A DNA stretch of 64,000 nt from Nitrospirota bacterium (GCA_963701855.1 CAVPBK010000011.1:160001-224000); one strand, 5' to 3'; positions 11,400-21,867 are shown, numbered from the stretch's first letter. Made by a program: numbers and translations. The notes: generated by a model not told the origin, from the sequence alone.

Positions 11400-11416
11400 A
11401 AGAATCGCCCATATCT

Positions 11417-11675
11417 GAAGGCAGAGGGTGGAGGCGGGAAGAGAGGTTGGAGGTTGGAGGCAGGGGGAAGTTTGAGGGTAGAGGCATGCGGTTAGAGGCT
11501 TCGGGTTTCGATCCGGCCTCAGGCCTCGCGCCTCAAACCTCATACCTCCAACCTCAAACGATCTGTCCCTCAACCTGAACCTTCTGAACCTTCCGCTCGG
11601 CCTCAGGCCTCTCACCTCGAACCTCCAACCTCAAACGATCTGCCATCAACCTTAACCTCGACCTCTTTCCTGAGG
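11417..11675. repeat. Second heptamer repeat/palindrome block
   Basis: gaggttg-type arm then cctccaa/cctcaaa arm; internal direct repeat ggcctcaggcctc...cctccaacctcaaacgatctg twice. Confidence 0.8.
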
Positions 11676-11691
11676 CCACTTCTGTTGACCA

Positions 11692-11781
11692 TCCATTCAA
11701 ACGGATACGTTCGGGGTGTTGGTTGTGCAAGACCTCTATGGTGTCGCCGTCGATCACGCCGACAACTTTGCCAATAATGGC
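11692..11781 (-). pseudogene. Thermonuclease (SNase-like) gene fragment
   Basis: IIGKVVGVIDGDTIEVLHNQHPERIRLNG; breaks off before the expected IDxPE motif next to the repeat block. Confidence 0.75.
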
Positions 11782-12293
11782 GCGCCCGATGACGCGGTTG
11801 TGTTCAGCATTGCAAGGGGGGCATGGGAGGGGCTTCGTCGATCGGTCTCGATGGAAGCAGGAGGCGTGACGATCGATACTTCTTCTGAGCAGAGGCTTTC
11901 TTCACCGTTATAGGCACTGACCGCAAAGTAGTAGCGCGTATTAGGTTCAAGGTTGGGGACCGTGGCTGACGGGGAGGTAACACGTAGGGAGCTTTCGTAT
12001 GCACAGCTACCATCTTGCCCTGGTGATTGCCGGCCGTAATGTACGAAATAGGCATGGATTGAAGGGTCTTCAACTGGTTGCCACGCGAGAGCCTTGGTGA
12101 TTTTGGCGGCTGCTGGCGTCGATACCTGGCCCTCGCCGCCGCCACTGTCTTCGCCGCATCCAGTCAGAAGGGGCATCATTGTAAGAAGAAGGGTTGCACC
12201 GATGGCGATTAGGCGTAGCGATCTGCAAGCAGTCTTTGTAACGCTGGTCCGTGGGAAGAAATGTTTGTTGGTCAATGCGCTCATGTGCGCCAA
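11754..12293 (-). CDS. Lipoprotein with fibronectin type III domain
   Basis: Lipobox LLTGC; LAWQP...YFVHYG...NLEPNTRYYFAVSAYN. Confidence 0.8.
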   Translation of the reverse strand: MAHMSALTNKHFFPRTSVTKTACRSLRLIAIGATLLLTMMPLLTGCGEDSGGGEGQVSTPAAAKITKALAWQPVEDPSIHAYFVHYGRQSPGQDGSCAYESSLRVTSPSATVPNLEPNTRYYFAVSAYNGEESLCSEEVSIVTPPASIETDRRSPSHAPLAMLNTTASSGAPLLAKLSA

Positions 12294-12714
12294 ATAGAAA
12301 CGAGTATGGTTGTCTGGATTTAGGTTCGGTCTACTTCGTGCGTGATGCTACTCAGATCTGAGACCGCGTGCTTCCGGATAGTTATGGTATGCCCCCTGTT
12401 CGTGGCGTATGAACGAGACGCTCGGGCCTGAAGATGCCGAGTGAACGGTGATCCCCTGTCTCGGCGAAACGCTGGATCAACAGAGGAGTGCGCTCCGACT
12501 AACAGAATGGCTCCGGCTAAGCCATCCCCTCCCATGCCCTCCCGCTTCTCTCAGGAAGAGCGCCGCCATCGTAGGTGTCTTGGAGAGTAGGCCCACAACC
12601 AGTTGGTTTTGAATCCTTCCACAACTCCCAGTGTGACACCATCCAACAACTAGCCCACCCAGACTTATAGCACGCGCAGTATTACGGTCCAGTTAAATGC
12701 TCGTTCATGTTGTG

Positions 12715-12768
12715 TTATGCAGAGCATTGCAGGGGGAAGCGACGGAAGGGACGAATTGAGAGAGCCAT
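12715..12768 (-). pseudogene. PilZ-domain gene remnant (N-terminus only)
   Basis: MALSIRPFRRFPLQCSA-stop, homologous to RPYRRFPVQC at ~17960 and at the same position after a PEP-CTERM gene. Confidence 0.6.
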
Positions 12769-12852
12769 GGGAGCCTTGAGGTAGGCCCAGCCTAGGAGGG
12801 ACACAGGAAACCGCAAGGCGGGTAACTGTGTGTAGAAACTCTACCCGAAGGA

Positions 12853-13041
12853 CTAGGAGCCTGTCCGACATTACCTTCGTAACGAGGCGAAAGAGGCGTG
12901 GCCAGATGGGAGGCCGCAGGCCTGGAAAAACCGGAGATGTATTCACTGGAATACATTGAGGATTTTTCCGGGCCGAGAACGACGCAGATGGTCGCGGATC
13001 GTTCGCCGCAGTAGAACGGTCAATGCCGGACAGGCTCCTAG
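12853..13041. mobile_element. MITE-like element, family B
   Basis: TIRs ctaggagcctgtccgacatt / aatgccggacaggctcctag; absent from the paralogous sequence at ~18070. Confidence 0.8.
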
Positions 13042-13129
13042 GTCAGGTATAGCAGCGTCAGACCCTACCAAACAAACACGGCAGCCCCAGTGCTGGAACC
13101 GCCGCCCGTGATGATGTTAGGCCTGTGGT

Positions 13130-14080
13130 TTACGCTGTTTTCTTCATCCGCCACGCCGCCAGTCCGATTAGGCCTGCGCCGAGGAGGAGCCACGAGGAGG
13201 GTTCGGGAACGGGAGTCCCAATCGTAAGATTGTCGATTCCGACCGGTGCCGTCGTCCAATCAACAAATTGCAGCCCGGTTACGACAGCGGTAGAACAGGT
13301 ACCCCCGGCGTTGGAAACGTCCATGCACCATAAACCAGTGGAGTTAAAATTGAATGTATTGAAATGTCCGAGGTCCCCCGTTTGAGCCCAGACATGATTC
13401 GTCAAGGTAGTGCCATACGTAGTGCTCGTGGGATTCGGGCAGGCGACGAGCACGCCACACGTTGTCCCAGCAGTAGTACTGGAACCAAGCACCTCGCCAA
13501 AAATCTTCACTGTTCTCCCATCCGAGAGATCAGCAAAAACCTGAATATCAGGAGGATGACTAGAGTTCCAGACGTAAGGGAAAATCTGCCAATGAAAAGC
13601 GACCGCGGAAATTGGATGGGAAAACGACATAACGATACGATCAGCCTGGCTCGCTGTCTGGCTTTGCCAAGCGTTAATGAGATACGTGTCCGATGCGTAG
13701 GCGTGCGTCGCCGTTGCTTGATAGTCGGTTGCCCCATCCGAATTGCCCAGATAGACTTGGTTGCTGGTATTGAAGCTGCCGGTTTGATTCCACCTCGGGA
13801 TCGCTTGATCAGGCAAGGTTTGTATCGATTGGGTTCCCGTGTTCAGCGTAACCGTTCCCATACCCGCAGCCCCAAGGACGCTATTCATGTATGTGGTAAT
13901 GTGACCGTTGTCGGTCGTTGCGGTGCTCGCGCTGCAAGGGTGACCATAGGCTGGCGACGCACATACGGGCGTAATGCTATTAAAGTCAAACGTGACCGAC
14001 GTTGCCTGTGCCGACGCAGCGAGTCCACCCCACATGAGCGCCCCGACTAGGACTCTGGCCGCGAAGCCGTTCCGTGCCAT
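13130..14080 (-). CDS. PEP-CTERM sorting domain protein 1 (Thr/Ser-rich)
   Basis: Signal peptide ending ASAQA; C-terminal VPEPSSWLLLGAGLIGLAAWRMKKTA. Confidence 0.92.
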   Translation of the reverse strand: MARNGFAARVLVGALMWGGLAASAQATSVTFDFNSITPVCASPAYGHPCSASTATTDNGHITTYMNSVLGAAGMGTVTLNTGTQSIQTLPDQAIPRWNQTGSFNTSNQVYLGNSDGATDYQATATHAYASDTYLINAWQSQTASQADRIVMSFSHPISAVAFHWQIFPYVWNSSHPPDIQVFADLSDGRTVKIFGEVLGSSTTAGTTCGVLVACPNPTSTTYGTTLTNHVWAQTGDLGHFNTFNFNSTGLWCMDVSNAGGTCSTAVVTGLQFVDWTTAPVGIDNLTIGTPVPEPSSWLLLGAGLIGLAAWRMKKTA

Positions 14081-14407
14081 CTGTCGTTCCTTCTGCCTAC
14101 GAGTGCCCATGAGACCCTATTGATTTCATTTCAATTTCTTAGTGTCTCTAGACGCCAATCTACATCTTAGACTTCCTCAACCGCACCCCCCTCACAGGGG
14201 TTACGTAGGTCTACGGGCCAAAGAACAACTCATTTCTTTCATTCACAAGTCTTTTCCCTGACGATCTAACTCCCACCCGCATTGATCGCCCATGCGACTC
14301 GTCACCAAAAACTTGGACATCTCCGCGATCTGATCACAATTGCTCAGCTAACAAGACTCCGGAGAGAGTACAGTGGTCTGAATTCGTTTTATACTCGGGG
14401 AGGCCTC

Positions 14408-14779
14408 ATGGTATCTCTTCCCAAAATCATCGGTGTCATGTGGTGTCCCCTTGTGCTGTGCCTGAGTTTGTCCACTGCCACGCAGGCGGCAGAAAGAATG
14501 AAACCCGACCCCTGCGCTGAGCGGAAAGGCGAACAACCGAATATCGTGAAGTGCAATAAAACAACATGGCACGGCATCGAGACCATCAAGGGCGAAGTCT
14601 TGCGCTTTGATCGCAATAACTTTTTGGTCCAGCGGTTTGACGGGAAGGAAGTACGGTTGCATATCGACCAGGACACCCGGATGACTGAATTCATTGGTCA
14701 AGGTGATCGTATTGAGGCGACAGTGCACGATGTGAACGATCAGAAACTAGTGCTGTCTCTTCGCACGATCGAAAAATAA
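14408..14779 (+). CDS. Exported hypothetical small beta-rich protein
   Basis: GGAGG RBS, signal-like N-terminus, TIKGEVLR...GKEVRLHID...GDRIEA. Confidence 0.7.
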   Translation: MVSLPKIIGVMWCPLVLCLSLSTATQAAERMKPDPCAERKGEQPNIVKCNKTTWHGIETIKGEVLRFDRNNFLVQRFDGKEVRLHIDQDTRMTEFIGQGDRIEATVHDVNDQKLVLSLRTIEK

Positions 14780-15150
14780 GACTTAGTGCATCCGGTATGA
14801 GGAAGGCAGGCCAATAGAATCTGAGGTTCGCGATGCCCAAGACACTACCTGCCGCCAATTCTTCCGCCACCGCGCATGGTCTATAACGTCTCCAATATAA
14901 TACGAGCCGAACGAACCGATCTCATGCTGAACAGGCCAACCACCGACCAACAACGCCAACGAAGGAGAGTCACCAAGGCTGCCTCCAGGAAGAAGAATCT
15001 CGAACGCCCGTCGCTTTGGATGGCATCCGAGCTAGGCGGAGGGGGGAGCCGCAGGCACGGGCTATGGCTGTCACCCCGTTATGAAAAGGTATGAACAGGG
15101 ACCAGGTCACACTCGGTCGATCATCACGGAACCTTCACGGAAGGCACCGC

Positions 15151-15426
15151 ATGACTCCATCCTACTCTCTCACCTATGTGATCAATTTTCGAGATTGTTC
15201 GAACTGCTCAAGGATTCAGAATGCCCAGCCTGGCGAGGAAATCCTGGTTCTTGTTCATCCAGAACAGGAACCCTTGGCTGATCCATTAGGGGCCAAGGGC
15301 AGGCGCAGTCTGGACGGCGCATTGTTCGTTGTCGAACTCACCACGGCAGATGGCACACCGCAGTCCTTCGAATGGGAATACCCGTTACTTAAGCTCGTAG
15401 CCCAACTTCTCCAGCCCCTTCCATAG
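15151..15426 (+). CDS. Hypothetical protein
   Basis: Protein-like composition with CSNC; start uncertain (15091 alternative). Confidence 0.5.
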   Translation: MTPSYSLTYVINFRDCSNCSRIQNAQPGEEILVLVHPEQEPLADPLGAKGRRSLDGALFVVELTTADGTPQSFEWEYPLLKLVAQLLQPLP

Positions 15427-15777
15427 CAGCAGTACGTGATTGTCTACCGGCTCCCTGCTCCCGAAGTGACCTTGTATCTTGCGCCACTCACACGGCGGCA
15501 CCGGCTGCGGATCAGCCCGATGATGTCGACGTCGCGGGCAAAGGCGAAAGGGACGCCCGCTTCGTGATTGAAACAGACGCAGTATCGCTTCGCTCCATCT
15601 CACTCTTCACTGTCGTATCTGTAGGCAGATGCCTGCAGCGTCTATCTATCGAGAAATACGACGTTTAACTCAGCAAGCTGCCACAATCTCCTACAGACTC
15701 CCTGCATGTCCTCATCAATCTTCCTCTCGCCACAGCGTATATTCAGGGTTTTTGTTCTGACCCTCCTCTTCCTGCAA

Positions 15778-15793
15778 CGGCACACCCCTTGCG
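15778..15793 (+). promoter_or_regulatory. Putative sigma54 -24/-12 promoter of FN3-repeat gene
   Basis: CGGCACACCCCTTGCG (GG-N10-GC). Confidence 0.6.
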
Positions 15794-15953
15794 TAGTTAC
15801 CACAGTAATGGGGTGAATCATCCCTTGCTTCGAGCTCTCCGCGGATGACGGAGTCAGTTCTGCAATCCGACAGAAGCATGTGCAGCTGAGAAGTTAGCTT
15901 CTCCGGGAAGGGTATGCCTGCTGCCGGAGAGAATACAAACTAGGAGTATCTCG

Positions 15954-17442
15954 ATGAATTGGGCGAAAGCCATCGTTGGTGTTGTGCTTGTGTTGTGGTC
16001 GAGTACTGCGTGGAGTGCCACATTGACGTGGAATGCCAACAAAGAACCGGACATGGCGGGCTATCGAGTCTATCAATGTAGTCAGCAACCCTGCACACGC
16101 GCGTCTGGCCATGCGTCTCTTCTGGTCACATTGGGAAAGACGACGAGTTTTAACATTGGAACGCCGGTCGTGACGCACTACTACTTCATTACGGCTTATG
16201 ATTTGGCCAACAAGGAGTCGGGCAGTAGCAACGTCGCGACCTTCACACCCGGCGTGTCCACAGCCCCGCCTCCGCCCCCGCCTCTTCTTGTGTTGTCGTC
16301 GAGTACAGCGGGGGGTGCCACGTTGACGTGGAATGCCAACAGTGACCCCGACCTGTGGGGCTATCGCGTCTATCAATGTAGTCAGCAACCCTGCACACTC
16401 GCCTCTGGGCATGCGTCTCTTTTGGCCAGATTTGGAAAGACGACGAGTTATAATATTGGAACGCCGACCGTGACGCACTACTACTTCATTACGGCCTATG
16501 ATCACACCAACAAGGAGTCGGGCAGTAGCAACGTCGCGACCTTCACACCCAACGCGCCTCCGCCTCCGCCTCTTCTTGTGTTGTCGTTGAGTACAGCGGG
16601 GAGTGCCACGTTGACGTGGAATGCCAACAGTGACCCGGACCTGTTGGGCTATCACGTCTATCACTGTAGTCAGCAACCCTGCACACCCGCCTCTGGGCAT
16701 GCGTCTCTTTTGGTCACATTGGGAAAGACGACGAGTTTTAACATTGGAACGCCGGCCGTGACGCACTACTACTTCATTACGGCCTATGATCACACCAACA
16801 AGGAGTCGGGCAGTAGCAACGTCGCGACCTTCACACCCGGCGTGTCCACGGCCCCGCCTCCGCCCCCGCCTCATCTTGTGTTGTCGTCGATAGCGGGGGG
16901 TGCCACGTTAACGTGGAATGCCAACAGTGACCCGGACCTGTGCGGGCTATCGCGTCTATCAATGTAGTCAGCAACCCTGCACACTCGCCTCTGGGCATGC
17001 GTCTCTTTTGGCTAGTTTTGGAGAAACAACCAGTTATCATATTGGATCGCCGACCGTGACGCAGCTATTACTTCATTACGGCCTATGATCACTACTAATC
17101 AGGAGTCGGGCAGTAGCAACGTCGCGACCGTCACACCCGGCGGATAGCCGCCCCCGCCTTGGGGTGAGGCTGAAAGTCGTGGGCAATCCGGGCGCAGGTC
17201 CGTGGGGTATGGTGAGATTCACCACCGACCCACGGAATGTGAGGCTAACGGTACGCTTGGATGGAGTCGTGCATCATGTCGAACATACAGCATCGTATGG
17301 CTTCCCCTCCTCCGACGGCACGACGGCCACAACGGGGCTCTTCGGCATAGGCTCGCATAGGGTGGAGTTCGTGTTTGATGTGGAAGGCACCACGACCGAG
17401 ATCGGAGGGGATAGCGTGACCGTGCACGAAGTGACATCGTGA
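15954..17442 (+). CDS. Secreted tandem FN3-like repeat protein (4 repeats plus C-terminal domain), frameshifted in repeat 4
   Basis: Repeats begin ~16017, 16317, 16605, 16902 (ATLTWNAN...GYRVY...YYFITAYD...ESGSSN); extra bases near 16943 and 17065; ORF 17164-17442 likely the C-terminal domain. Confidence 0.8.
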
Positions 17443-17697
17443 GGTGGTTATGAGATCGCAACGCGGAGCCCCTTGTACGCACCGATAATCTTTCCATTTC
17501 GGAAATGGGCCACAGGCTCGCCGACTAAGAGCCGGGACATCACGACAGATGGCCGAGACACAAGCCCTTCCGCTCCAGCACTTCCACAATCGCCGCGATC
17601 TCCCACATATTTGAGACGGTGGCTTCTTCGAGAGACATGCTGTCGCGTTTGGGGCGGTCGTTGCTCAGGGGATGTTTTCACCGGATTCCTGTACGAC

Positions 17698-17995
17698 TCA
17701 TTTGATTACATGCTCCACCCGACTATGCGTCTGCTTCTCAACCGCCAAATTTTCCAGGCCGAACTCCTGGCCCCGGACCCAGCGCACCATCGCAGCAGCC
17801 ACAAAGATGCGTTCTTCGTTTGGCAAATTCACGGTTAAGGAACACGTAGGCCCAACTTGTAGGGAACATCGCCCGAGAGTTTCCAACCCGCTCAACGAAA
17901 AGTTCCAGACAATGCCTTGTCCTTGGAATGGTCCAGCGTTGTACGTAACCGCACTGCACGGGGAAGCGACGATAGGGACGAAGCGTGGGGGCCTC
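17698..17995 (-). pseudogene. PilZ-domain protein, frameshifted
   Basis: Re-framed: RPYRRFPVQC-VTYNAGPFQGQGIVWNFSLSG-WKLSGDVP-LQVG...VRWVRGQEFGL; needs about three indels and has no clear start. Confidence 0.75.
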
Positions 17996-18163
17996 GCAGG
18001 GAGGCTCGGTGTAGAGGGGAAGGAGTAAGCCGCAAGGCGGGTTACCGTGAGTGGAACCACTAACCGAAGGACCATATCGGTTATAGCAGTGTCAGACCCT
18101 GCCAAACAAAAACGGCGACCCCATCGCTGGAACCGCCGTCTGTGATGACTGTAGGCTTATAGT

Positions 18164-18829
18164 TTACGCCGATTTCTTCAGCCGCCACACCGCCACGCCC
18201 AAGAGACCACCACCAAGGAGGAGGAGGAGGAGAGAGTCCGGTTCTGGGACTGCGGTGCTTGCCGTGCCGCTCATTTCGACACGAAGCGCGGTAGCGTTAG
18301 CGCTGGTGCCTGAATTATTCACCAGAAAAGTGAGGGTGTTCACCCCTCCATTAAAGCCACTGTTAATCGTGAAAGGTGTAAATGCCGTGAAACTTCCACT
18401 TGTGAGGAAAAGCGGGTTCCCGTTGAGGAACATATTTACCCCCACGTTGTCTGTTGCCCAATTCCCTGTCACCACAGCTGTACTCGGATTAAAGCCCGTC
18501 AAATTGAAGGTGGTCTGGTAGGAGTAGTTCCCCACAGGTGAAACTAGATTGTGAGCGTTATTTGGCCCGATCCAGGTGGAGGATGCGTTATCGCCAAGAT
18601 AATGATTAACGGGAAAACCACCGGCAGACGTCCTGATCAGGGTAACCGTCGAGCTGCCGGTTGGAACCGAAGTCAACGTATAGTGAGGATCGGGGTTCGT
18701 GCCATCCGACAACACCGTGTGCGACGCATCCACGCCCGTATTGTATATAGATGTAATGGAGGTTGCCTGCGCTTGAGCCGCCCACAAACTCAATAGACAT
18801 ACTCCACTCAACCACAATGCTTTCTTCAT
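18164..18829 (-). CDS. PEP-CTERM sorting domain protein 2
   Basis: Signal peptide ending AQAQA; C-terminal VPEPDSLLLLLLGGGLLGVAVWRLKKSA. Confidence 0.92.
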   Translation of the reverse strand: MKKALWLSGVCLLSLWAAQAQATSITSIYNTGVDASHTVLSDGTNPDPHYTLTSVPTGSSTVTLIRTSAGGFPVNHYLGDNASSTWIGPNNAHNLVSPVGNYSYQTTFNLTGFNPSTAVVTGNWATDNVGVNMFLNGNPLFLTSGSFTAFTPFTINSGFNGGVNTLTFLVNNSGTSANATALRVEMSGTASTAVPEPDSLLLLLLGGGLLGVAVWRLKKSA

Positions 18830-18948
18830 GATAAAATCCTCCCCCAGAAACGTCTGCTAAAATAACCCTCGATCCATCAGAGTGCGAAGCGAATCTTCTT
18901 TCGGTTGAGTTTCCTGCTTAGGACCCAGGAAAATCTGAACACATGCAA

Positions 18949-19033
18949 TGCAAATTTGTGTCCATCATGTAAGTGATTGATTTATCACTGAAGACAATTC
19001 AGCCACTTCGTGAATGTGTCAATGCTTTTGACA
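18949..19033 (-). promoter_or_regulatory. Sigma54 promoter, IHF site and enhancer-like palindrome for PEP-CTERM gene 2
   Basis: TGGACACAAATTTGCA (18964-18949), AATCAATCACTTA (18982-18970), TGTCAATGCTTTTGACA (19017-19033). Confidence 0.7.
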
Positions 19034-19542
19034 GTATTCCACACATGCCTGGCGTAAGTGGCACAATTGCCGCGGCGTAAGACGCATAACTAATTGAAAT
19101 AACACATGCATGCAGCGCAACTCCCCTTTCAGACCGTGCTCACAATACTGTAAAGAATACTGACAGTCACTGACCGGGTCTTTACAAGACACCGGCGGAA
19201 CGGCACGCCTTGGACTAAGACGTTGTGCTCAATATGTGTCTGCGCTGTATAAGCGACGGGACGGCCAGTGGCAGCATGAGGAATGGTCCCGCGTGGGACG
19301 TGACAGCGCATGGCACGGGGAAACGGCGAGAGGGGGAATCGAGAAGGGCATGGGGGCCTCACAGGGAAATGCAGTAACAGATGATTTGTTAAGTAAGACA
19401 AGCGTACAACTGTTAACTGTGTGATTGCATCTCATCTATTCATTGGAAAGCAAAGGGACGCCTATGTATGATTGATCATTGTCGGTGACGTCCCCACACC
19501 TCGAAAAGCTTCATCACCGTCATTACCGAGAAGTCCCTTTTC

Positions 19543-21825
19543 ATGCGACTTGTAATTTCGACATCAGTAATTGGCATATTGATCACCCTTCTCATCGGCG
19601 GCTGTGACCGGTTTTCTCCTGAATCACAGAAAGCAAAACATCTCGAACTGGCTCAGACCTACTTCGGCAAGGGGCAATACAGCGAAGCCTTAATTGAATA
19701 CAAAAATGTTGTGCAACTCGACTCGAAAGATGCCGATACTCATTACCGCTTGGCCTTGACACACCTCAGGTTAGGCGGGGCGAAAAATCTTCAGGGCGCA
19801 TTCACCGAGCTGAGCCGAACAGTGGAGCTGGACAAGACGAACCGTGACGCCCAGCTCAAGTTGGGTGAACTGTATTTACTCAGCAATGAACCGGCGAAAG
19901 CGCGCGAACAAGCCGACATCGTCCTGGTGTCGGCGCCACAAAATACAGAAGGGCTCATTCTGAAAGGACGGAGTCTGATCAATGAAAAGCATTATGCCGA
20001 GGGAATCGCGGAGCTCAAGAAAGCCATCGAGCTCGATCCAAAGAACATGCGCACGTACATTGAATTGGCTCGGGCTCAAGTCTTTGCGAAAGATCTAGCC
20101 GCGGCCGAGGAGACACTCAAAAAAGCGTTGACGATAGACCCTCGTTCCACGGAAATCTTGGTCGCATTCGGAGATTTTCGCGTAACGACCGGCAAGCCGG
20201 ACCAAGCGGAGATCATCTATAAGCAAGCGCTCGAAATCGCCCCAGACAACGAAGACATGTACTTGAGACTCGCCGGCCTCTATCAGCGCTACGGCAAGTG
20301 GGCCGAAGTAGAAGCCACGCTGCAGAAGCTGGCTTCGGTTAAACCGAAAGACGAAAAACCGCACATCTACTTGGGTGATTTTTTTACCTGGCTTGGCCAG
20401 CGAGAGAAGGCTCTCGCCGGCTATCAGCGTGCAGCAGAACTCAATCCCGGCTCGACCGTCGCCCGTGACAAGTTGATTTCACACTATCTCGATAGCGGGA
20501 AGGTGGAGGAAGCAGAGGCCCGCACGAAAGCGATTCTGGAAAAGAATAGCAAGGATCTGAATGGACGTTTCTTCGACGCGAGAATCCGATTGGCAAAAGG
20601 CAATGCGGACGAAGCCATTTCTCTCCTCCAGGGGGTGCTAAAAGACGAACCGCAACTCGCAACGGCGCATCACTTCCTCGGCGTGGCATTTATGCAGAAG
20701 GGCCAGACTGTTCAGGCTCGGGGAGCATTCACAGAAGCGGTGAAGCTGAACCCGAACCTGCCCGAATCCCGCACCGCGCTCGCTGAGATCTATTTGGCCG
20801 ATGGCTCTACAGACATGGCCATCGAACAAGCCCAGGCGGCCATTCAACTGAACCCACGCAACGTGCAAGCAGCCATCATTTCCGGCGATGCGTACCTCCG
20901 GAAGGGAGACTTTGCCAAGAGCAGGCAGGTCTTCGAGGCTGTCGCGCAGGCCCTGCCAAAAGAAGCCGTCGGTCCCTACCGTCTCGGCCTCGTAGCCCGC
21001 GCCGAGAAAAACAATGCCAAGGCGTTGGCCCACTTCGAAGATGCGCTCATCAGAAAGCCGACGGCCATCGATGCATTGGCCCAAATAGCCATGATCAAGA
21101 TCGCGCAAGGGAAAGCGAACGAAGCCCGAGAGCGGGTGAATAAGCAAATGGACGCTTCTCCGAACAACCCTTTCCTCTATAACCTTCTGGGCCAACTCTG
21201 GATGCAAGCCGAAGACCCGGGGCAGGCAGAAACAGCCTTCAAGAAGGCGCTCGAACTCGACAATTCCTTCCTAGCTGCCTACATGAACCTAGGCCAGGTC
21301 TATCACATGGCGGGCAAGACGGATCAGGCCGCCAAGGAATTTGAAGCCGTCCTCGCAAAGGATCCCAAGGTCATACCAGCCCATATGGTGTTGGGCATTA
21401 TTCATGAGGGTCGCAAAGAATACGATAAGGCGCAGACCCATTATGAGGCAATTCTGAAACTCGACCCTCGGTTCGCTCCGGCAGCGAATAACCTGGCGTG
21501 GATCCTTGTCGAACAGGGAGGCAACCTTGACGTAGCGCTCTCGCACGCCCAGATGGCGCGCGAGCAACAACCGAACGAATCTAACATCGCCGACACACTC
21601 GGATGGATCTATTATAAAAAGAACGCCAATCTCCTCGCCATGAGCCTCCTCAAAGAAGCGGTCGAAAAACTACCCAATGAGGCGGCCGTCCACTTTCATT
21701 ACGGGATGGCACAGCAGAAAAATGGCGACCAGGCCGGAGCAAAAAAGTCGCTCCAAACGGCGCTGAAACTCAGCCAGACCTTCACGGGATCTGAAGAAGC
21801 CAGAAAAACACTGGCAGGTCTATGA
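19543..21825 (+). CDS. PEP-CTERM system TPR-repeat lipoprotein (PrsT-like)
   Basis: Lipobox LIGGC, continuous TPRs, C-terminal AANNLAW...IADTLGWIYY. Confidence 0.88.
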   Translation: MRLVISTSVIGILITLLIGGCDRFSPESQKAKHLELAQTYFGKGQYSEALIEYKNVVQLDSKDADTHYRLALTHLRLGGAKNLQGAFTELSRTVELDKTNRDAQLKLGELYLLSNEPAKAREQADIVLVSAPQNTEGLILKGRSLINEKHYAEGIAELKKAIELDPKNMRTYIELARAQVFAKDLAAAEETLKKALTIDPRSTEILVAFGDFRVTTGKPDQAEIIYKQALEIAPDNEDMYLRLAGLYQRYGKWAEVEATLQKLASVKPKDEKPHIYLGDFFTWLGQREKALAGYQRAAELNPGSTVARDKLISHYLDSGKVEEAEARTKAILEKNSKDLNGRFFDARIRLAKGNADEAISLLQGVLKDEPQLATAHHFLGVAFMQKGQTVQARGAFTEAVKLNPNLPESRTALAEIYLADGSTDMAIEQAQAAIQLNPRNVQAAIISGDAYLRKGDFAKSRQVFEAVAQALPKEAVGPYRLGLVARAEKNNAKALAHFEDALIRKPTAIDALAQIAMIKIAQGKANEARERVNKQMDASPNNPFLYNLLGQLWMQAEDPGQAETAFKKALELDNSFLAAYMNLGQVYHMAGKTDQAAKEFEAVLAKDPKVIPAHMVLGIIHEGRKEYDKAQTHYEAILKLDPRFAPAANNLAWILVEQGGNLDVALSHAQMAREQQPNESNIADTLGWIYYKKNANLLAMSLLKEAVEKLPNEAAVHFHYGMAQQKNGDQAGAKKSLQTALKLSQTFTGSEEARKTLAGL

Positions 21826-21867
21826 GGAAGGGAAGGATCGAGACTGGACTTCACAAGGAACAATTGG

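Noticed and set aside
10326..11675. ORFs such as 10390-10794, 11382-11615 and the long N-extension of 11110-11487
   Set aside because: They translate low-complexity repeats (PPTSNL, LEVGG); the real vapB start is 11331
12300..12660. Possible riboswitch/ncRNA upstream of the FN3 lipoprotein
   Set aside because: No c-di-GMP or other riboswitch consensus recognisable by eye; needs an Infernal/Rfam scan
15894..16874. 326-aa Arg-rich repeat ORF on minus strand
   Set aside because: Antisense shadow of the FN3-repeat gene
15954..17150. Possible CRISPR array or DGR template/variable repeats
   Set aside because: Units are ~300-bp in-frame coding repeats with no unique spacers; no cas or reverse transcriptase gene in the window
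19059..19215. Plus-strand sigma54-like sites TGGCACAATTGCCGC and CGGCACGCCTTGGAC for the TPR gene
   Set aside because: Poor -12 element or wrong spacing
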